DNA of 64,000 bases, from NCBI RefSeq assembly GCF_039654945.1, contig NW_027361698.1, positions 58,342,001 through 58,406,000 on the forward strand, written 5' to 3'. Each line of letters begins with the position of its first letter. Position 1 is the stretch's first letter. Shown piece by piece: positions 35,873 to 50,322 of the stretch. The position numbers and the translations under genes are program-made. The notes beneath the pieces are model-generated. The model saw only the letters and a program-made list of their open reading frames with translations, had not been told where the DNA came from and did no database searches. Origin of the DNA: Dendrobates tinctorius. Lineage: Eukaryota.

Positions 35873-38492
35873 TATAGCACTATATATATGTTTCTGTCTA
35901 CTCTTATTACACCTCAGAATAAAGCTAATAAAAATGTCTTCTATCACTAAAACTCTTAGTTTACGTTCCCACAATGAGTTTTTGGTGAGTTTTGACACTG
36001 CTTATTTTTTAAAAACTGCAAATCACCTAAATTACTTAATGGGTACAGAAATGCTACTGAAAATCTGCAACATTAAAAATTCACCAAAAAACTCATAATG
36101 GGAACGTAGTCTTTGAATCTATCCAAAGGTTGCGATTTTGTAATGTTTTTGTCGCATTTTTTTCTGTGGAGATTTATAACAAAACCTGTCTCATGCAGCC
36201 ATCACTTTTTTTTTTTTTGGAGATTCACAGCAGTATTCAACCTGCTGTATGTCAATTCTTTCAGAAATTTTACTGCAGATTTCATCCATACTGATGAATG
36301 GTAAAAACGCAGTAAAAAATGCATGCTGAAAACTCATCAAAAACACATCAAAAGTGCATGTATTTTATGCTGCCTTTTTCCTGCCAACGCATCAGTAATT
36401 GCAGCAGATTTTTCTGTAGGTTTTTAAATGTATAACATAAAATTATTAAAGAACAATGTTTAACTAAACTTTCTTCTTTAACTTTCTGAATTTTTATGGA
36501 AACAGTTGAGACGAGCTATCTTTGGGTAAAATAAGTTTTTGTGTCCTAACAAGTCCATTTCTCAATGTTTCTATTTTCCCATTACCACCTACACACATAA
36601 AGCTCACGGTCTGCTTTCCCTGGCCGCTCTCCTAATGAGAGACCATGTGCTTGTGTCTAACATACAAGAAAGCTGAGGGTAAGTAAAGCCGCAGTTAATC
36701 AATAACAGTTGTTCCTATAAGTATCTGTTTCTTTCTTTTAATGTTTCCTTTTAACATTGATTTCTTTCTAAACATATACTCTCTGTGCGCCCAAAAATCT
36801 GTCATGATAAGTGACCACTGCGTTAAGCTGCGAACATGTGTATCCACCATCTGTCTCTTGGAAAGGCCTAAATCTAATAGATATCTGATAAAGAGCAATT
36901 GCATTGGCTGTGAGTCACTAAAAAGAGAACTGATGTGCCTTTGACCCTATTTAAACATTTAAGTATTCATCCCACAAGCTCTGGCAAATCAATGTAAAGT
37001 GGTCAGAAGACTATATGATTTAGAAAGTGACAATCTAAGGTGTCCCCTATGTGGTGGGTTATTGGGGATGGTCACGGCCCATCAATGCAGAAGAATGGAA
37101 ATCATTTACCTGATCATCATTAAAATGTAAGTTAATTGCTTAGCGTTGAGAGACTTTAGTCACAGAGCATAAAAGATGGTATGGATAGAGAGAAAGGCAG
37201 AAGAAATGTCCACATTAGCAGCTCATTGGCAGTCAGTCGGCTCGTACAAATTGTACAGTATGTCTCTATGGGTCTAATTTAAAGAGCGTTCTGCAGTAGC
37301 AGCATTGGATGGTGCGTAGATGAAAACGAGCCAGTATGTCCTATAGCTTTTCTCTCAAATGCTGAATACCTCTCTGCTCTAAATCCTTGCTTGCCTACAA
37401 TGCTTAAATTAGCTGTAAAACCTTCCAATGTACTGTATCTAATGGCATTCAGAAAAGTGATGCAGCAGGAACAGAGTCTAAACCAGCAAAAGGAACAGAC
37501 AGATGCGCTCATGTTGTGAATATATTTCGGATCATATTCTCCAGCCTCTGTTCATGCCGGCATCTAGATGTTCCATTTACATGCAGAGCCATATTTCTGA
37601 AAAGCCGGAGCCAGCTTTCTTGTGAGTCCTGAATTTTGATTTGTTTGCACAGTACTGACAGTAGCTTTATTACCATTTGTATTACAACCCCCTTAATCTC
37701 ACTGTACACTAAGCGGCTCCTCCACACCGAAGAATATGGTGGAGCCACAGGAAACTGATGGATTTATATTTAGTTCTGCAGCTTTTTTCTCTTTTTACAC
37801 TTTGAGATTCAGTACAGTTTCTTTCAACCCTGGATATTAGATAAAATGCAGTTATATAGGAAAAAATGCCAGAAAAATAATATATATCATGCAGTATATA
37901 CTATAGGATACAGACAGAAAATGCCTGTGCTGCTATCTGTAGTTAACAGACACACAGACAAATATATAAATAAATAGATAAAACTTAGAATTAATTACAA
38001 AAAATGTTTGTCATTTTAACCTATACATGAGAGAGAGGAAAATAAGATTGCGCTAAGTAGCCAGTCCCTTCCTTTTATATTGTCTGAGGCCTGTCTTCTT
38101 CACGGCTAAAACACCTTCCCATTATAACATATGATGCTCCTATGTCCGTGTTTTTCATGGACCGTGTGTCTGTGCAAAAGACATGGAGACAGGTCCGTTT
38201 TTGCAGCACCTGCACGGATGAAATGGGCCAGTACAAGTCTATGGGTTCGTGAAAAACATGTACAGCACATGTATGGTCTCCGTGTGCCAGCCATCCATGT
38301 GCTGTACATGTTTAACATTGAAACATATAAGAGAAGCTTCGTAATTTATTTCTGTCTCTCTCCATACTAAAAGAACACGGATGACACAGTGATGGTAAAA
38401 ATGGATGTATAGATGATACACTGATGGTATAAACAGACACAAGGACCGTACACTGATGTTAAAAATGAACGGATATCCTGATGATACATTTA

Positions 38493-38688
38493 GGCCGGGA
38501 TCACACACAGCGAGATACGGCCGAGTCTCGCAGGTTAAAACCAAGGTCTAAGCGCCGGCACTCTGGAGCGGAGCGTGCAGCCGCACAGCAATACATGGAA
38601 CTGCACGCTCCGCTCCGGAGTGCCGGTGCCAGAGCTTGGTTTTAACCTGTGAGACTCGGCCGTATCTCGCTGTAGTGTGACTCCGGCC
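38493..38688. mobile_element. Palindromic Harbinger MITE nested in an older MITE (~38088-38777)
   Basis: TIR GGCCGGGATCACAC...GTGTGACTCCGGCC with flanks TTA and TAA. Confidence 0.85.
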
Positions 38689-39789
38689 TAATGGTAAAAA
38701 CAGACACACTGTTGACACACTGATGTACAACACTGAGGACAATTGTACCAATTTTTCACAGACGTGTGAATGACGCCTCAGTTAGTCCCCCCATGATTGG
38801 CTGCTCTTGGAGACCGTGCAATGTTATACCTGCATTACATTGTGGAGAAGCCTGTCTGGCCACACCTGCCATTAACCTGCTCTTTGACTCTTCAGCAGTG
38901 TGTGAAATGGTGCTGGGCATTTTTGTTTTTCCAATCTGGATGAATCGAATCACAAATTGAATCCAATGAACCTAAGAAATATCTGAATATCAGCAAATCC
39001 ACTCAAATTTGCTTTGCTCTGGATCGAGCCAATCACCTCTAAACATCATTCTCATTATTACCTTGCAGTTATTATGATTTTTGTGTGCGTTGCTGGTGTG
39101 TCCAAGGGGTATGTCTCTACACAGCCTAGCCCTTTCAGCTATGATTGGAAAGTACTATTTTGCATGCCTCCCACAACTGAGTAACCCCATTTGTCAATGT
39201 ATCCATAAATTGCATAGGATTTCCTAGAATTATGTTATGATGAGTGCAATATTTTACTAAAACAGACATGTGAAATGATGTTAGAGACACAGAAATATGC
39301 CACTACAGGTAAAGGCAATGAAATTACTCTATACCACAATGTAACACAGAAAAAACCTCAGTGCAAAAATAGAGCAAAGTGAGGTCCAGAGTATTTTCTA
39401 CAAAATTAATTATTTTATTAAACAAACAAAAAAATAGTTTTTAAAGTTTTCAGAGTATCTCTAACCAAGCAGGGTGAAGGGGGAATTCAACCACAATGCA
39501 GTATTAGATAGGTTATGCACAAATAAATAAAGTAATAAATCAATAATAATCTGTCATAATGAAATTGATCAGATAACTTTAAATGCAAATACATAGGCTG
39601 TTCCATAAAAAGGCACAGGAGCTGATTAGTCACGACTCGCTATAGCATCAAGGTGCTCGAAATGCTTGTTATTTGGCAAGTAATTTTGAATGCTTGCACG
39701 CAAGCTTGAGTCCCCGCCCTGCATGTTTGGTGCTGAAGGAGTAACTTTCCGACTGCACCAGCGTTCACTGTGATTCCTCTGTGTCTCAC

Positions 39790-39990
39790 AACTATTGGTT
39801 ATTCAAGCTAGACACATGATATGAACAGTCTCTCTATGCCTTGTAGGTCCTGGCCTTCCCTGCCACTAGCATTTTGTCAGAGCAGGATTTTCGTGTTGCC
39901 GGTGGTATTATAACTGAGAGGTGCATCTGCCTGTCAACCTAAAATGCTAACAGGCTGACTCTTATCAAAATAAACAAGGGCTAGATTGGC
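39790..39990 (+). pseudogene. hAT C-terminal dimerisation domain remnant of an older element (~39627-49632)
   Basis: Reads NYWLFKLDT..SLYAL.VLAFPATSILSEQDFRVAGGII...NRLTLIKIN. Confidence 0.65.
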
Positions 39991-40695
39991 CCATACTAGA
40001 GTTGAGCGAAACGGGTCTGTCATATTCAAAAGTCGGCGACTTTCGCTGAAGTCGGGTTTCATGAAAAAAAACCTGACCATAGCGTGAGGACGGTCACGAG
40101 GTCGGCGACCAGAGCACCAAAGTCGCGTTTCAAAAGATGCTTCCAGCGCTCTTTTTCAGCCAATGATGGAGGATGCACACTGTGGGCAATGCAATGACAT
40201 AGGCATCGGTCACCACCATCTTAGAGAAGGGCATGCAAGTGATTGGCTGGTTTTGTGTGGCGTCACAGGGGCTATAAAAGGGCGTAAACACCGACCACCA
40301 TCTTACTTATGCCGATCTTAGCATAGGGAGAGTTGCTGCAGATGATGATTCTGTAGGGAGAGCGTTAGGCAGGGAAGAAGAGCCAAAAAACTGCTTCTGC
40401 TGTTAGCGATTTCCACTTAGAACACAACAGTTTGTGTGCAGTGACAGGGGAGGCTATATTTTTGTGCATCAGCTCTGTTGGTTATTAGGAGGCCTTATAA
40501 GGCTCCCTGATAGCTGCATTGCTGTTTGCACACTGCTGTGCAGACTGCTTTTTTCAAAGCAAAAATACTTTTCTTCCTCTTTTCTGCACAGTTACCAAGG
40601 GTTCATTTTTCCACCCTTTTTTGTGTTCACTGTGCAGCAGTCCTGCTTATTAGGCTGCCTGCGTCCATACTTGGACTGAGAGCATCATTGCCAGC

Positions 40696-41085
40696 GTCCT
40701 CAAATCTCTAGTGAGATCCAAATTCTCACCAATCCTATTAACACCCTCCACCTTGTCATACACCATCCAATTTCAGCCTGTTACATTGAGGTGCAATCTC
40801 TCCTGGGCATGAGACAATAGTTCTCTGTCCTCAAATCTATAGTGAGATTCAAAATCTCACCAATCCTATAGACACCCTCCACCTTGTCATTCACCATCCA
40901 ATTTCAGCCTGTTACATTGAGGTGTAATCTCTACTGGGCCTGAGACAATAGTTCAGTGTCCTCAAATATATAGTGAGATTCAAATTCTCACCAATCCTAT
41001 AGACACCCTCCACCTTGTCATACACCATCCAATTTCAGCCTGTTACATTGAGGTGTAATCTCTCCTGGGCCAGAGACAATAGTTC
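40696..41085. repeat. Three tandem 131-bp units
   Basis: Units start at 40696, 40827 and 40958 (GTCCTCAAAT...). Confidence 0.9.
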
Positions 41086-44000
41086 GTGAATTCCCAAGTC
41101 CAAGATGAATCTGACTTGGAGTGCACTGATGCACAGCCACTGCTAGATTGTTCTGCTGGTACATTCACTCAGAGCACTACATTGTCCTCGCAGTGTACTG
41201 AGGCAGAATCAGACCCTGATGAAACTCTGGTGCCCCTTCCCGCATACTATACCACCTTACACGGTGACACAGAGGAAGATGCACATGAAATTGAAGAGGA
41301 GGAGATGGATGACCCAGTTGTTGACCCAGATTGGCATCCATTGGGGGAAGAGGGTGCCGCTGCCAGTAGCTCAGAAGAGGAGGAGGAGGATCCGCAGCAG
41401 GCAACGACATCGCAACAGCTGTTATCTGGCATGACCGTAGCAGCCCAAAAACGTGTTACAAAAACCAAAAGAGTTGCAGGACAGCTTGGCCAGACGGTCA
41501 AATTAGCACAGCGTGCAAGGTCTCAAAATGTCTTCCATAGTAGGAAGAGTGCAGTGTGGCACATTTTTGAACAAAATCCTAATGATCAGGCAAACGTTAT
41601 CTGTAAGAAGTGCGCAAAGACCTTTAGCCGAGGGAAAAATCTGACAAATTTGAATACCAGTTGCATGCTTAAACATTTAACCACCATGCACTTGCAAGCG
41701 TGGACTGACTACCAAACCTCACGTACCACATGTGCACCTGCTCCGAATGAAGGTAGTCAGCAATGCTACATCGTTTCCCCCACTGTAAGCCCACCGGTTA
41801 GCACACCACCAGCAGCAAATGTTGAGGTGTCATCGCAAGGGCAAAGCAGTCATGGAATCACAATGTTATTGCTACGAAAGACTGAATCTAGGCCATGAGC
41901 AACACCACCAACACCATCACCAACCCTCTCTCAGTCCACCATGTCCACCGCTAGTTCCACCATATGCAGCTCTCAAGTCCAGCTCACCCTACCAGAGACT
42001 CTGAGTAGGACAAGAAAGTACTCATCCTCTCATACACGTACACTGGCTTTGAACGCCCACATTGCCAAACTAATCTCATTAGAGATGATGCCCTACCGGT
42101 TGGTTGAAAGCAAAGTTTTCTGCGAGCTGATGGCCTACGCAGTACCATGCTATGACCTACCCAGTCGGCACTTCTTTTCGCGAAAAGCCATCCCAGCCCT
42201 CCATGTGCATGTGAAAGACCACATTGTCCATGCACTCAAGCAATCAGTGAGTGGAAAGGTGCACCTCACAACAGATGCATGGTCCAGTAAGCATGGCCAG
42301 GGTTGCTACATGTCCATCACTGCGCACTGGGTTAATGTTGTGGATGCAGGGACCACAGTGGACAGCGGCAGTGGGACAGTGCTGCCTAGCCCATGGTATA
42401 GGAAACAGTTGGCTGTAGGCATTCGACCCTCCTCCTCTATAAGCGAAAGCTCGTCCACAGAGCGCAGTCGCATGAGTACTCCATCTGCAGTTGCCAGTGT
42501 TGCACACGAGTTGTCTCACTATCGAACAGCTAGTGGTAAACTTCAGCAGGCTGTGTTGAAGATGATGTGTTTGGGAGACAACAGACACTCCGCGGAGGTA
42601 CCTACTTGCAGCGACAAACTGAGTTATGGCTGGGCAGTCTACATCTGGAGGCAGGCAAGGTAGTTAGTGATAATGGCCGGAATTTTGTGGCAGCCATAGC
42701 CCTTTAAAAACTCAGACGCATACCTTGCCTGGCTCACACCTTGAATCTGGTGGTGCAGTGCTTCCTCAATAATTATCCGGAGTTAACACCCCTGCTGCAT
42801 AAGGTGCGAAGACTGTGCTCGCACATCCGCTGGTCGCCCGGACATTCCAGTCATATGCAGAAGCTGCAGCGATTGCTCCACCTTCCCAAGCACTGCCTAA
42901 TTATCAACGTTGCAACAAAGTGGAACTCCACCCTGCACATGGTTCAGAGGCTGTGCGAATAGAGGCAGGCAGTAATGCATTTGTGGGAGGATACACGGGC
43001 AGGCAGTTTGCAGGCAGACATGGAGTTGTCTGGTGTGCAGTGGTCGAAGCTGAAAGACCTCTGTAAAGTCTTTCAGTGTTTTGAGGAATGCACACGGCTG
43101 GTAAGCGCAAACGGTGCCATCATAAGCATGAACATCCCACTTATGCGTCTGCTCATGCAAACTTTGGCGCACATTGAGGAGCAGGCGTCTGCAGCTGAGG
43201 AGTGACAGGAGGAGGGAAGCCTTGATGACAGTCAGCCATTGTTTTCTCAGGGAAGTCTCGTGGACGAGGTGGAGGAAGAAGAGGAAAAGGAGGAGGAGAA
43301 GGATGATGGGGATGATTATTTTGGGGAGGAGGATGCTTCTCAGGGGGCAAGAAAAAATGTTGGCGTGGCAAGGTCAAGTACAGGGTTTGTAAGTGACTGG
43401 AGGGATGTGGATTTGCCGGAAAGTGCTCCTCCACCCAGCACTCACAGTGCATCATTGACACCTGGAACATTGGCCCACATGTCTGATTATGCCTTGCAGA
43501 TCCTAGAAAGGGACCCCCGCATTGCCAAAATGATGAACAATGACAACTACTGGTTGGCCAGCATCCTGGATCCACGCTATAAAGGCAAATTCCAAAACAT
43601 CATGCCAAAGGAGAACCTAGAGCTAATATTGGCTAGCAAACAAGCAACTCTGGTAAACCGTTTGTTTGAGGCATTCCCAGCACACAACGCCAGTGATGTT
43701 TTTCCAACGAGCTGTAGGGGGCAACATGGAAGAGGTGCTCATGGTGCACACAGCCGAAATGGCGTTGGACACAGGGGTTTCATGACCATGTTGTGGACTG
43801 AATTTTCAAGTACCGCTCACACGACTGCATCGATTGAAAGTGACAGGAGACAGCAGTTGTCAACTATGGTAACAAACTACTTCTCGTCCCATATCGATGT
43901 TCTCCCTCACCGGTCATTCCCCTTTGACTATTGGGCCAGTAAACTTGACACCTGACCTGAATTGGCACAATATGCCTTACAGGAGCTCGCTTGCCCTGCT

Positions 44001-44162
44001 GCTTGTGTGTTATCTGAACAAGTTTTCAGTGCTGCTGGATCAATCCTGACAGAAAAAAGGACCCATTTGTCGACCCAAAATGTTGATGATCTAACCTTCA
44101 TTAAAATGAACCATGCATGGGTTTCAAAGGATTTTGTCCCACCCTCCCCTGCTAACACGTAG
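41086..44162 (+). pseudogene. hAT (Ac/ZBED-like) transposase with frameshifts and stops
   Basis: BED finger, then VHLTTDAWS, IPCLAHTLNLVV, VATKWNSTLHM, LASILDPRYK and CPAACVLSEQVFSAAG. Confidence 0.9.
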
Positions 44163-44699
44163 GTTGCCAGAAAAATGGCTTGCATTTGTCCTCCTCTTCC
44201 GCCCACTTCTCCAATTTCTCCATTTGCAGCTGCTGAATGTCCAACATCAACATATGCCAATTTTTCCACCTCTCTAACTGGGCTGCCTCCCCCCACAGGG
44301 CCGGGGTCACCACCTGGCACACTCGCCCATGCGAGTGCCGTTGCCCTGGACAGGTGGATGTGCACACTCTTTGGCAACGGCACTGGCACAAGGTCCCTCA
44401 TAGTAGAATCAAGTGTCTCTGACGGTGGGGGTGCTCACCCGCCGTCAGACACACCGGCGTACTATGAGGGGCCCTGTGCCAGAACCGCCACCCACAAGTG
44501 GGCCCTCCCCTGCTTGCTCAGGGCACCAGCACTTGCAATACTTACCTCTCCCTGCTCCAAAACTGTGTTGTCTGGCCTGTAAAATACTTCACTGGGACTG
44601 CCAATACAAATTTGGTGAAATGATAGATGATGGTTAAGACGTAGCTATCCCCTGTCTTGCTGTGCTATATCTTCAGAGGATCAATGGCTTCCATTTGTT

Positions 44700-45060
44700 A
44701 AGGACTTCGACTCACAATGAGATGCAGTGGTGGTTTATCATCAGCTTTCACGGTTTTCCGAATCACAGACGTGTGACATTCCTGCCCACATTTTTAAATA
44801 TATCCTCTCATGCCAATCCAATAGAATTGCCAACGGCCTGTGGCTTGTGTCTTTTGCACTCCAAAGTCACCTGACAGATCATGATAGGCAGTGAGGACAA
44901 TGTCTACATCTGTCCTTGTGATCACAATTTGATGGAGATGAGTAACGGTGATGGGTTCCACGGTACTGCAATACAGCAAACCTTTCTTCACAAGAACTGT
45001 TTTCGCTGTCTCCACAGACAAAGTAATTGAGGGTCAGCATCGCCTCTGAGAATTCTACCA
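44700..45060 (-). pseudogene. Gypsy pol fragment (integrase zinc-binding region) inside the hAT
   Basis: Reads KGLLYC...QIVI...VLTAYHDLSGDFGVQKT...QFYWIGM. Confidence 0.65.
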
Positions 45061-45159
45061 GGAGTTTTTACTGTGATTAGTAATTCCAAAATTTCTGCAA
45101 TCACTCGACTTTCCGTCTGTACTTGTATCCATCTCGTTTCCTCTTGCGGAGAGTCTGGA

Positions 45160-45740
45160 CTGTATTACTGAGACTGAAATATATATGAAGATTAAAAAAT
45201 ACCCCAACAGTATATACAAGTGTACGCTTCGAATACATTACCCTTTTTCCACTTTTTAGATTCTTGTCTAATACATACTGAGGCTGTGAGAGTCTTTGTC
45301 GGACTCTGGAAATATACACGCAGATTTTTAATGTTTAAACTATGCTATATATACCTGCTATCCAGTGATACTGTACCCTTTCTCAACTTTGCACAATCAC
45401 GTCAAATGCATACTGGGCCTGAGACCCTCTGAGTCTGCCTCCTGATATATAGACATAGGTTTTTAATGTTTAAACTATGCTATTTATACCTGTTATCCGG
45501 TGATACTGTACCCTTTCTCAACTTTCTACAATCTTGTCGAATCCATACTGGGCCTGAGAACGTCTGAGTCTGCCTCCTGAAATATCTACGGAGATTTAGA
45601 ATGTTTAAACTATACTATATATACCTGCTATCTGATGATATTGTACACTTTTTCTACTTTTTATATTCTTGTCTAATCCATACTGAGCCTGTGAGCGTCT
45701 CTGTGTGACTGATGGTATATATAAGGAGATTGACAATAAA
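45160..45740. repeat. Degenerate ~135-bp tandem repeats
   Basis: Recurring ATGTTTAAACTATGCTATATATACCTG...CATACTGGGCCTGAGA. Confidence 0.75.
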
Positions 45741-46268
45741 CCTTTGACTGTACCATATATCTGATGTTATTTTGGGTTCATTTTCTACAACATTTTGAAG
45801 TTTGGTGGAAGAGGCCGCGGATGTGGGCGTGGGGGGGCCAGCGGGTGCTGATGGTGGTGGTGCATCTGCTGGTAGTGGCAAAAGGACAATAGCAGCTATG
45901 GCAGGAGGTGTTGAGCCTGCATCATGGTCTGGCTCCGGAACACCTGGAAGGCTACCTTTTCTGGGAGTAGGTTAACCGTTTTTAAAGCTGGAGCATCAGG
46001 AACTGGTTTTGGCTTACATTGCCGAAACAGACTTCAGCTAATATGCCCTCCTCTTCTGAAGTTTCAAAAAATGCAAGCACTGAGTCGTCAAGTGCTGGCT
46101 CCTGGTCAGGAAGAACCCCTCTCCTTGTGTCCTTCACCCCCACCAAAAGTGAATGATACAGCAGGCCACACTTCACATTAGTCCATTTAGCTCTTTCTAT
46201 CATACCATGCCTGGGTTTTCAAGTCAAATCGTGAATTCCCCAGTCCAAGATGAATCTGACATGGAGTG

Positions 46269-47267
46269 TGGGTGGCCAGCCAGGGCAGTGGGGTTAATCG
46301 GTATCGGGCCAGTGTCTCAGAGGGATGTGTCACGTGGTGATTACCCATTCCGTGGCCCTGGGCGTCCATTCAAAGGGGTGAATAACATTTATAGGTGAAT
46401 GATACGTGACGCCACCTGTGGTTTCTGATCAGATTGAACTGCGCTGTAGTGTGGCTTCTCAGGGACAAATGTTGTGGTGCAGCTAAGATGTAGAAGCCCA
46501 GCACAGGTAGGGCCGTAGTCGCCGGGCAGATGAAAGAGTTGGTAGATGGTGTGCAGTGCAGGATGTAGCAGAGCCGTGTGCCAGGCGCAGGAGAAAGATG
46601 ACAGACACAGTCGTGCAGTTCCTTTACCTGTACTTGGTAAATGCCATCCAGGACCCAGAGTACAGATGGAGAAGGAGTTGGTCAGCCTGGAAGCAAATTT
46701 GGAATTCTCTCTCTGCAGATAGGTAGTGTGGCCTCCATTCTAGCGCTTATCTGAGGTACTCGCAGTACTGAGTTCACTGAAGTTCCCCCTGTTGACTCTC
46801 TTTTGGAACTTTCTCATATGGCAGGCAGCCATAACCTTTTCCTTCTGGCTCACACACGTCGCTGCTGGGGCCTCCGAGCCTTAGTTGATAACAGAGCATT
46901 TACAGCTGCTACTTCCTCCGGTTTCTGCTGCAGGACCATCAGTGTCCCTACAAACTCGGAGACCGGAATACCGACCATGCGCTCCAGCTAGGAGTGAGCC
47001 TTAACTCTGCTCCTCCTCCAGCTCCCCTTCTCACGTCCACACACTTTCCCTTCCCTTCACAGACTGCCCTAACTTCTCTCCTCCCGACCACAGAGAGCAG
47101 CTCCTCAGCAGTCAGGATCAGAGGTCTCCCTGCTGGCCTGGAGTGGGAACTGTGTTGTATGTTGGTTTAACTGCTAGAGAGATCCTTCGTTGCTCCCAAG
47201 CATGACATCACACTCCCTAGGAGGAAGGTAATGCCACTGTGGTGACCGTACTCCTGGGGGCGCCACA
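46269..47267. mobile_element. Solo LTR (999 bp)
   Basis: TG...GGGGCGCCACA ends and AGTG 4-bp TSD. The empty site GGAGTGCACTGAT is visible in the paralogous hAT segment at ~41118. Confidence 0.85.
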
Positions 47268-50200
47268 AGTGCACTGATACCCAGCCGCTGCTAGATGATT
47301 CTGCTGGTACATTGACCCAGACCACTACATTCCCCTCGCACTATACACAGCCAGTATCTTACCCTGATGAAACTCAGGTTCCCCTTCCCACATACTATAC
47401 CACCTTACACGGTGACAAAGAGGAAGGTGCAGATGAAAGTGCAGGTTCCTTGAGCAGGTGGGGGGGCATACTCATGGGCGACGCACTAGCACAGGGCCCC
47501 TCATAGTACACAAAAGTGTCTCTGCAGGTGGGAGGGCCCACCCGCCCTCAGACACACCACTGTACTATGAGGGGCCCTGTGCCAGTGCCGTCGCCAACAA
47601 GTGGGCCCCCCCCCTGCTTGCTCAGGATCACAGCACTTGCAAAGTTGAAGTACTTACCTCTCCCTGCTCCACCGCCGTGATGCCTTCGGCGTTTTCTGAC
47701 AGTGACATTCTGGTCAGAGAGAGCGATGACATCACGTCTGTACGCCCTCTGCCTAAACAGTCCAAGTGCAGTGAGATGGAAGATGGGGACGACGAGGATT
47801 CCAGACTAGTACGGGGATTCCCTAGCGAGGAGACTTATTTAATTGTTTTCAATGTTGGGACAGCTATTTTTGTGGAGCACTATACTCTGGAAAATCATAT
47901 ATGAGGCCCACCATACACTGGAGCATTCCAAAGGTGGACATCAGACACTGGAGCAGCATTTACAGGGCCCATTATGCACTGGAGCATTAGAAATGGGACC
48001 TATTATATATGGAGCATTATTTGGGCCCATAACACAATGGAGCTTCAGCCATGGGGATCAACATACACTGTAGCATTATGTGTAGCTCATCATATACTGT
48101 TTCAAACATTATATGGGACCAATGATTCTGTATGGAGAAATATATGGGCCTCATTACTCTGTATGCTGCACTATGCGGTGGCCATAATACTGTATGGAGA
48201 AATATACTGTCCGTTTTTGGAGCTATTGGAGAATTTAAGATGGATATCAGTCATGAGATGTAAGAAGTGAAGTATTTTTCATTGTATTATACCGCTATTT
48301 CTCTGCTGTATCAGAGGATCATGAATTGTGGCATGTGTTAAAGGAGCCTAGTGACACTCTTTGGCCCAGGGCCCACGAAAATCTGGAGCCAGCCCTACCC
48401 CCCCACAACTTTAGCCAAATAACCCCAGTTTTCAATGCCTAACTATTATTATAAAGTAAATTAAGGTTGACAAGCTTAAGTAATAAGAATTGATGTTTTT
48501 GGCATTAAAATGGACACTTTAGGTGTGTTTCCTGTACTCCACTCCCTGCCGACCTTGGTTCCCCATTGACTTGCATTGGGTTTTGTGTTTCAGTCGGCCT
48601 TCGACTTTTCACGATAATCGGACGATTTCGTTCGACCCGACTTTTGAGAAAGTCGGGTTTCATGAATCCCGACTCGATCCGAAAAAAGGCAAAGTTGCTC
48701 ATCTCTAACCCCAGCTAATAAAATACTATATGAATGACTAAGTGAATCCAGAAAAATCTTTCAACTCTTGTTTGGATTGTTGTATGACAAAAAATTTTAC
48801 CACAGACCACATAATAGTATATGGATGAGACATTTAATACAGAAAAAAATTTTGAACACTTATTTGGACAGTTATGTAACACTGAAATGTTCCAGATGCA
48901 CCATAATAGTATATGAATGAGTAATTGATTACAGAGAAAAGTTTCAAGGCTTTTTTGGAGTATTATATAACTCAGAAATGTTCCACAAAGCACCTAAAAC
49001 TCTATGGATGACAATATAGTAATTATTTTCACCCATAAAATAAAAACTATGGTCAACTACCACAGCTATATATTTAGCAATGGACTGCAAAGCCCTAATC
49101 CCTGCCTTCATACTGTATTCAGCAACTGTTGATGCACCTACAGCTCTTTCTCCCTCCCTATGCTAAATGCAGATTGTATCACATACAAACAGCAAAGAAC
49201 AAGATTAGCCTTTACAAGAGCTGTCAGGATGATGATTCAGCTTCAGTACCAGTAACAACACTACAGAAATTTGATTTGTTAAACTGTGCACACACACGCC
49301 TGGACAAGTTCTCATTACTCCAATCACAACCATCAAAGAGCTGTGCAATAGCTATGCCGAGCCTGGATACACCTTTATTTTTATACACCTTTATGATGTT
49401 AAATGGCCAGCCAATTACAGTAATGCCACTACCAAAAAGGCTATGGCATTACAGTGATGTACAGTCAACCACCACATGCTTATTGGCTGTATAACAGGTG
49501 CCAAACATGATGGATGTGGATTCGAGTTTGAAATCAAGCACCATCTATTGCTTGCTGAGTAATGAGCACATCTGAGCACCCAGATAATCGAGTTGTATCA
49601 GAATATCGCCGAGTCACGTTCATTCATCCTTAGCAGTAATCAATAATATTAAAATCGTTATGTTAATGAGAAAGAAGAGTGGTAAATTGCAAAGTTGCTT
49701 GCTTTTATAAGCAGTTTGCAATTTTACTCATTTATGATAACAAGCAAATTCCTTTAAAGGTATCAAAAAACCTCGCTTCAAGAGAATAGTTTAACTAAGA
49801 TACTGATATCAGTTAAAAAAAATTAAGTATTCATAGTTTTTGTTCCAAGATTCCTATAGAAGCTGTAATTGTTTTCCTAAATTTAGTAAATATGTGAACT
49901 GGGCTTCATCTGCTCCACCATAATTTTTTCAGCTGCCAGACTTGCTGTTGACATCGGATGAAGGAGAAAACAATTTTTTCTCACTTTCATAGTATCCATT
50001 TTTTTTTTAAATCAGAATATGAACGCGGAAAATCAATCTTTAAGTGCTGTGCATTGAATTTGTGAACTAGTTAGGTAAGCATTTTGTATCTTGTGTAATT
50101 TTTCGGTATTCCCAACAGATTTTGACAGCTGAATTTAAAATTCTCAGGGAAAATAAAGATGTTTTCAGAGAAAGGAGGACATTTTGACACATGATTAATG

Positions 50201-50284
50201 CCTGGCAGAGAGTATTTGCTGTGAAAATAAACGACTTGTATCCAAATTGACAATTCATTAAAGCAAAAATATATTTAATGTAGC

Positions 50285-50322
<38 letters not shown>
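50285..50322. repeat. (GATA)n microsatellite
   Basis: Read directly from the sequence. Confidence 0.95.

Larger units (their letters stand above)
39997..48707 (+). mobile_element. Large composite hAT element (8.7 kb), defective
   Basis: TIRs TAGAGTTGAGCGA ... TTGCTCATCTCTA, AGTCGG/CCGACT subterminal motifs at both ends, and a transposase pseudogene. No clean 8-bp TSD. Confidence 0.8.

Noticed and set aside
37279-37750. Short ORFs in unique-looking sequence
   Set aside because: No domain similarity or supported splice structure.
41086-44162. Domesticated ZBED gene
   Set aside because: Multiple frameshifts and stops, and flanked by TIRs.
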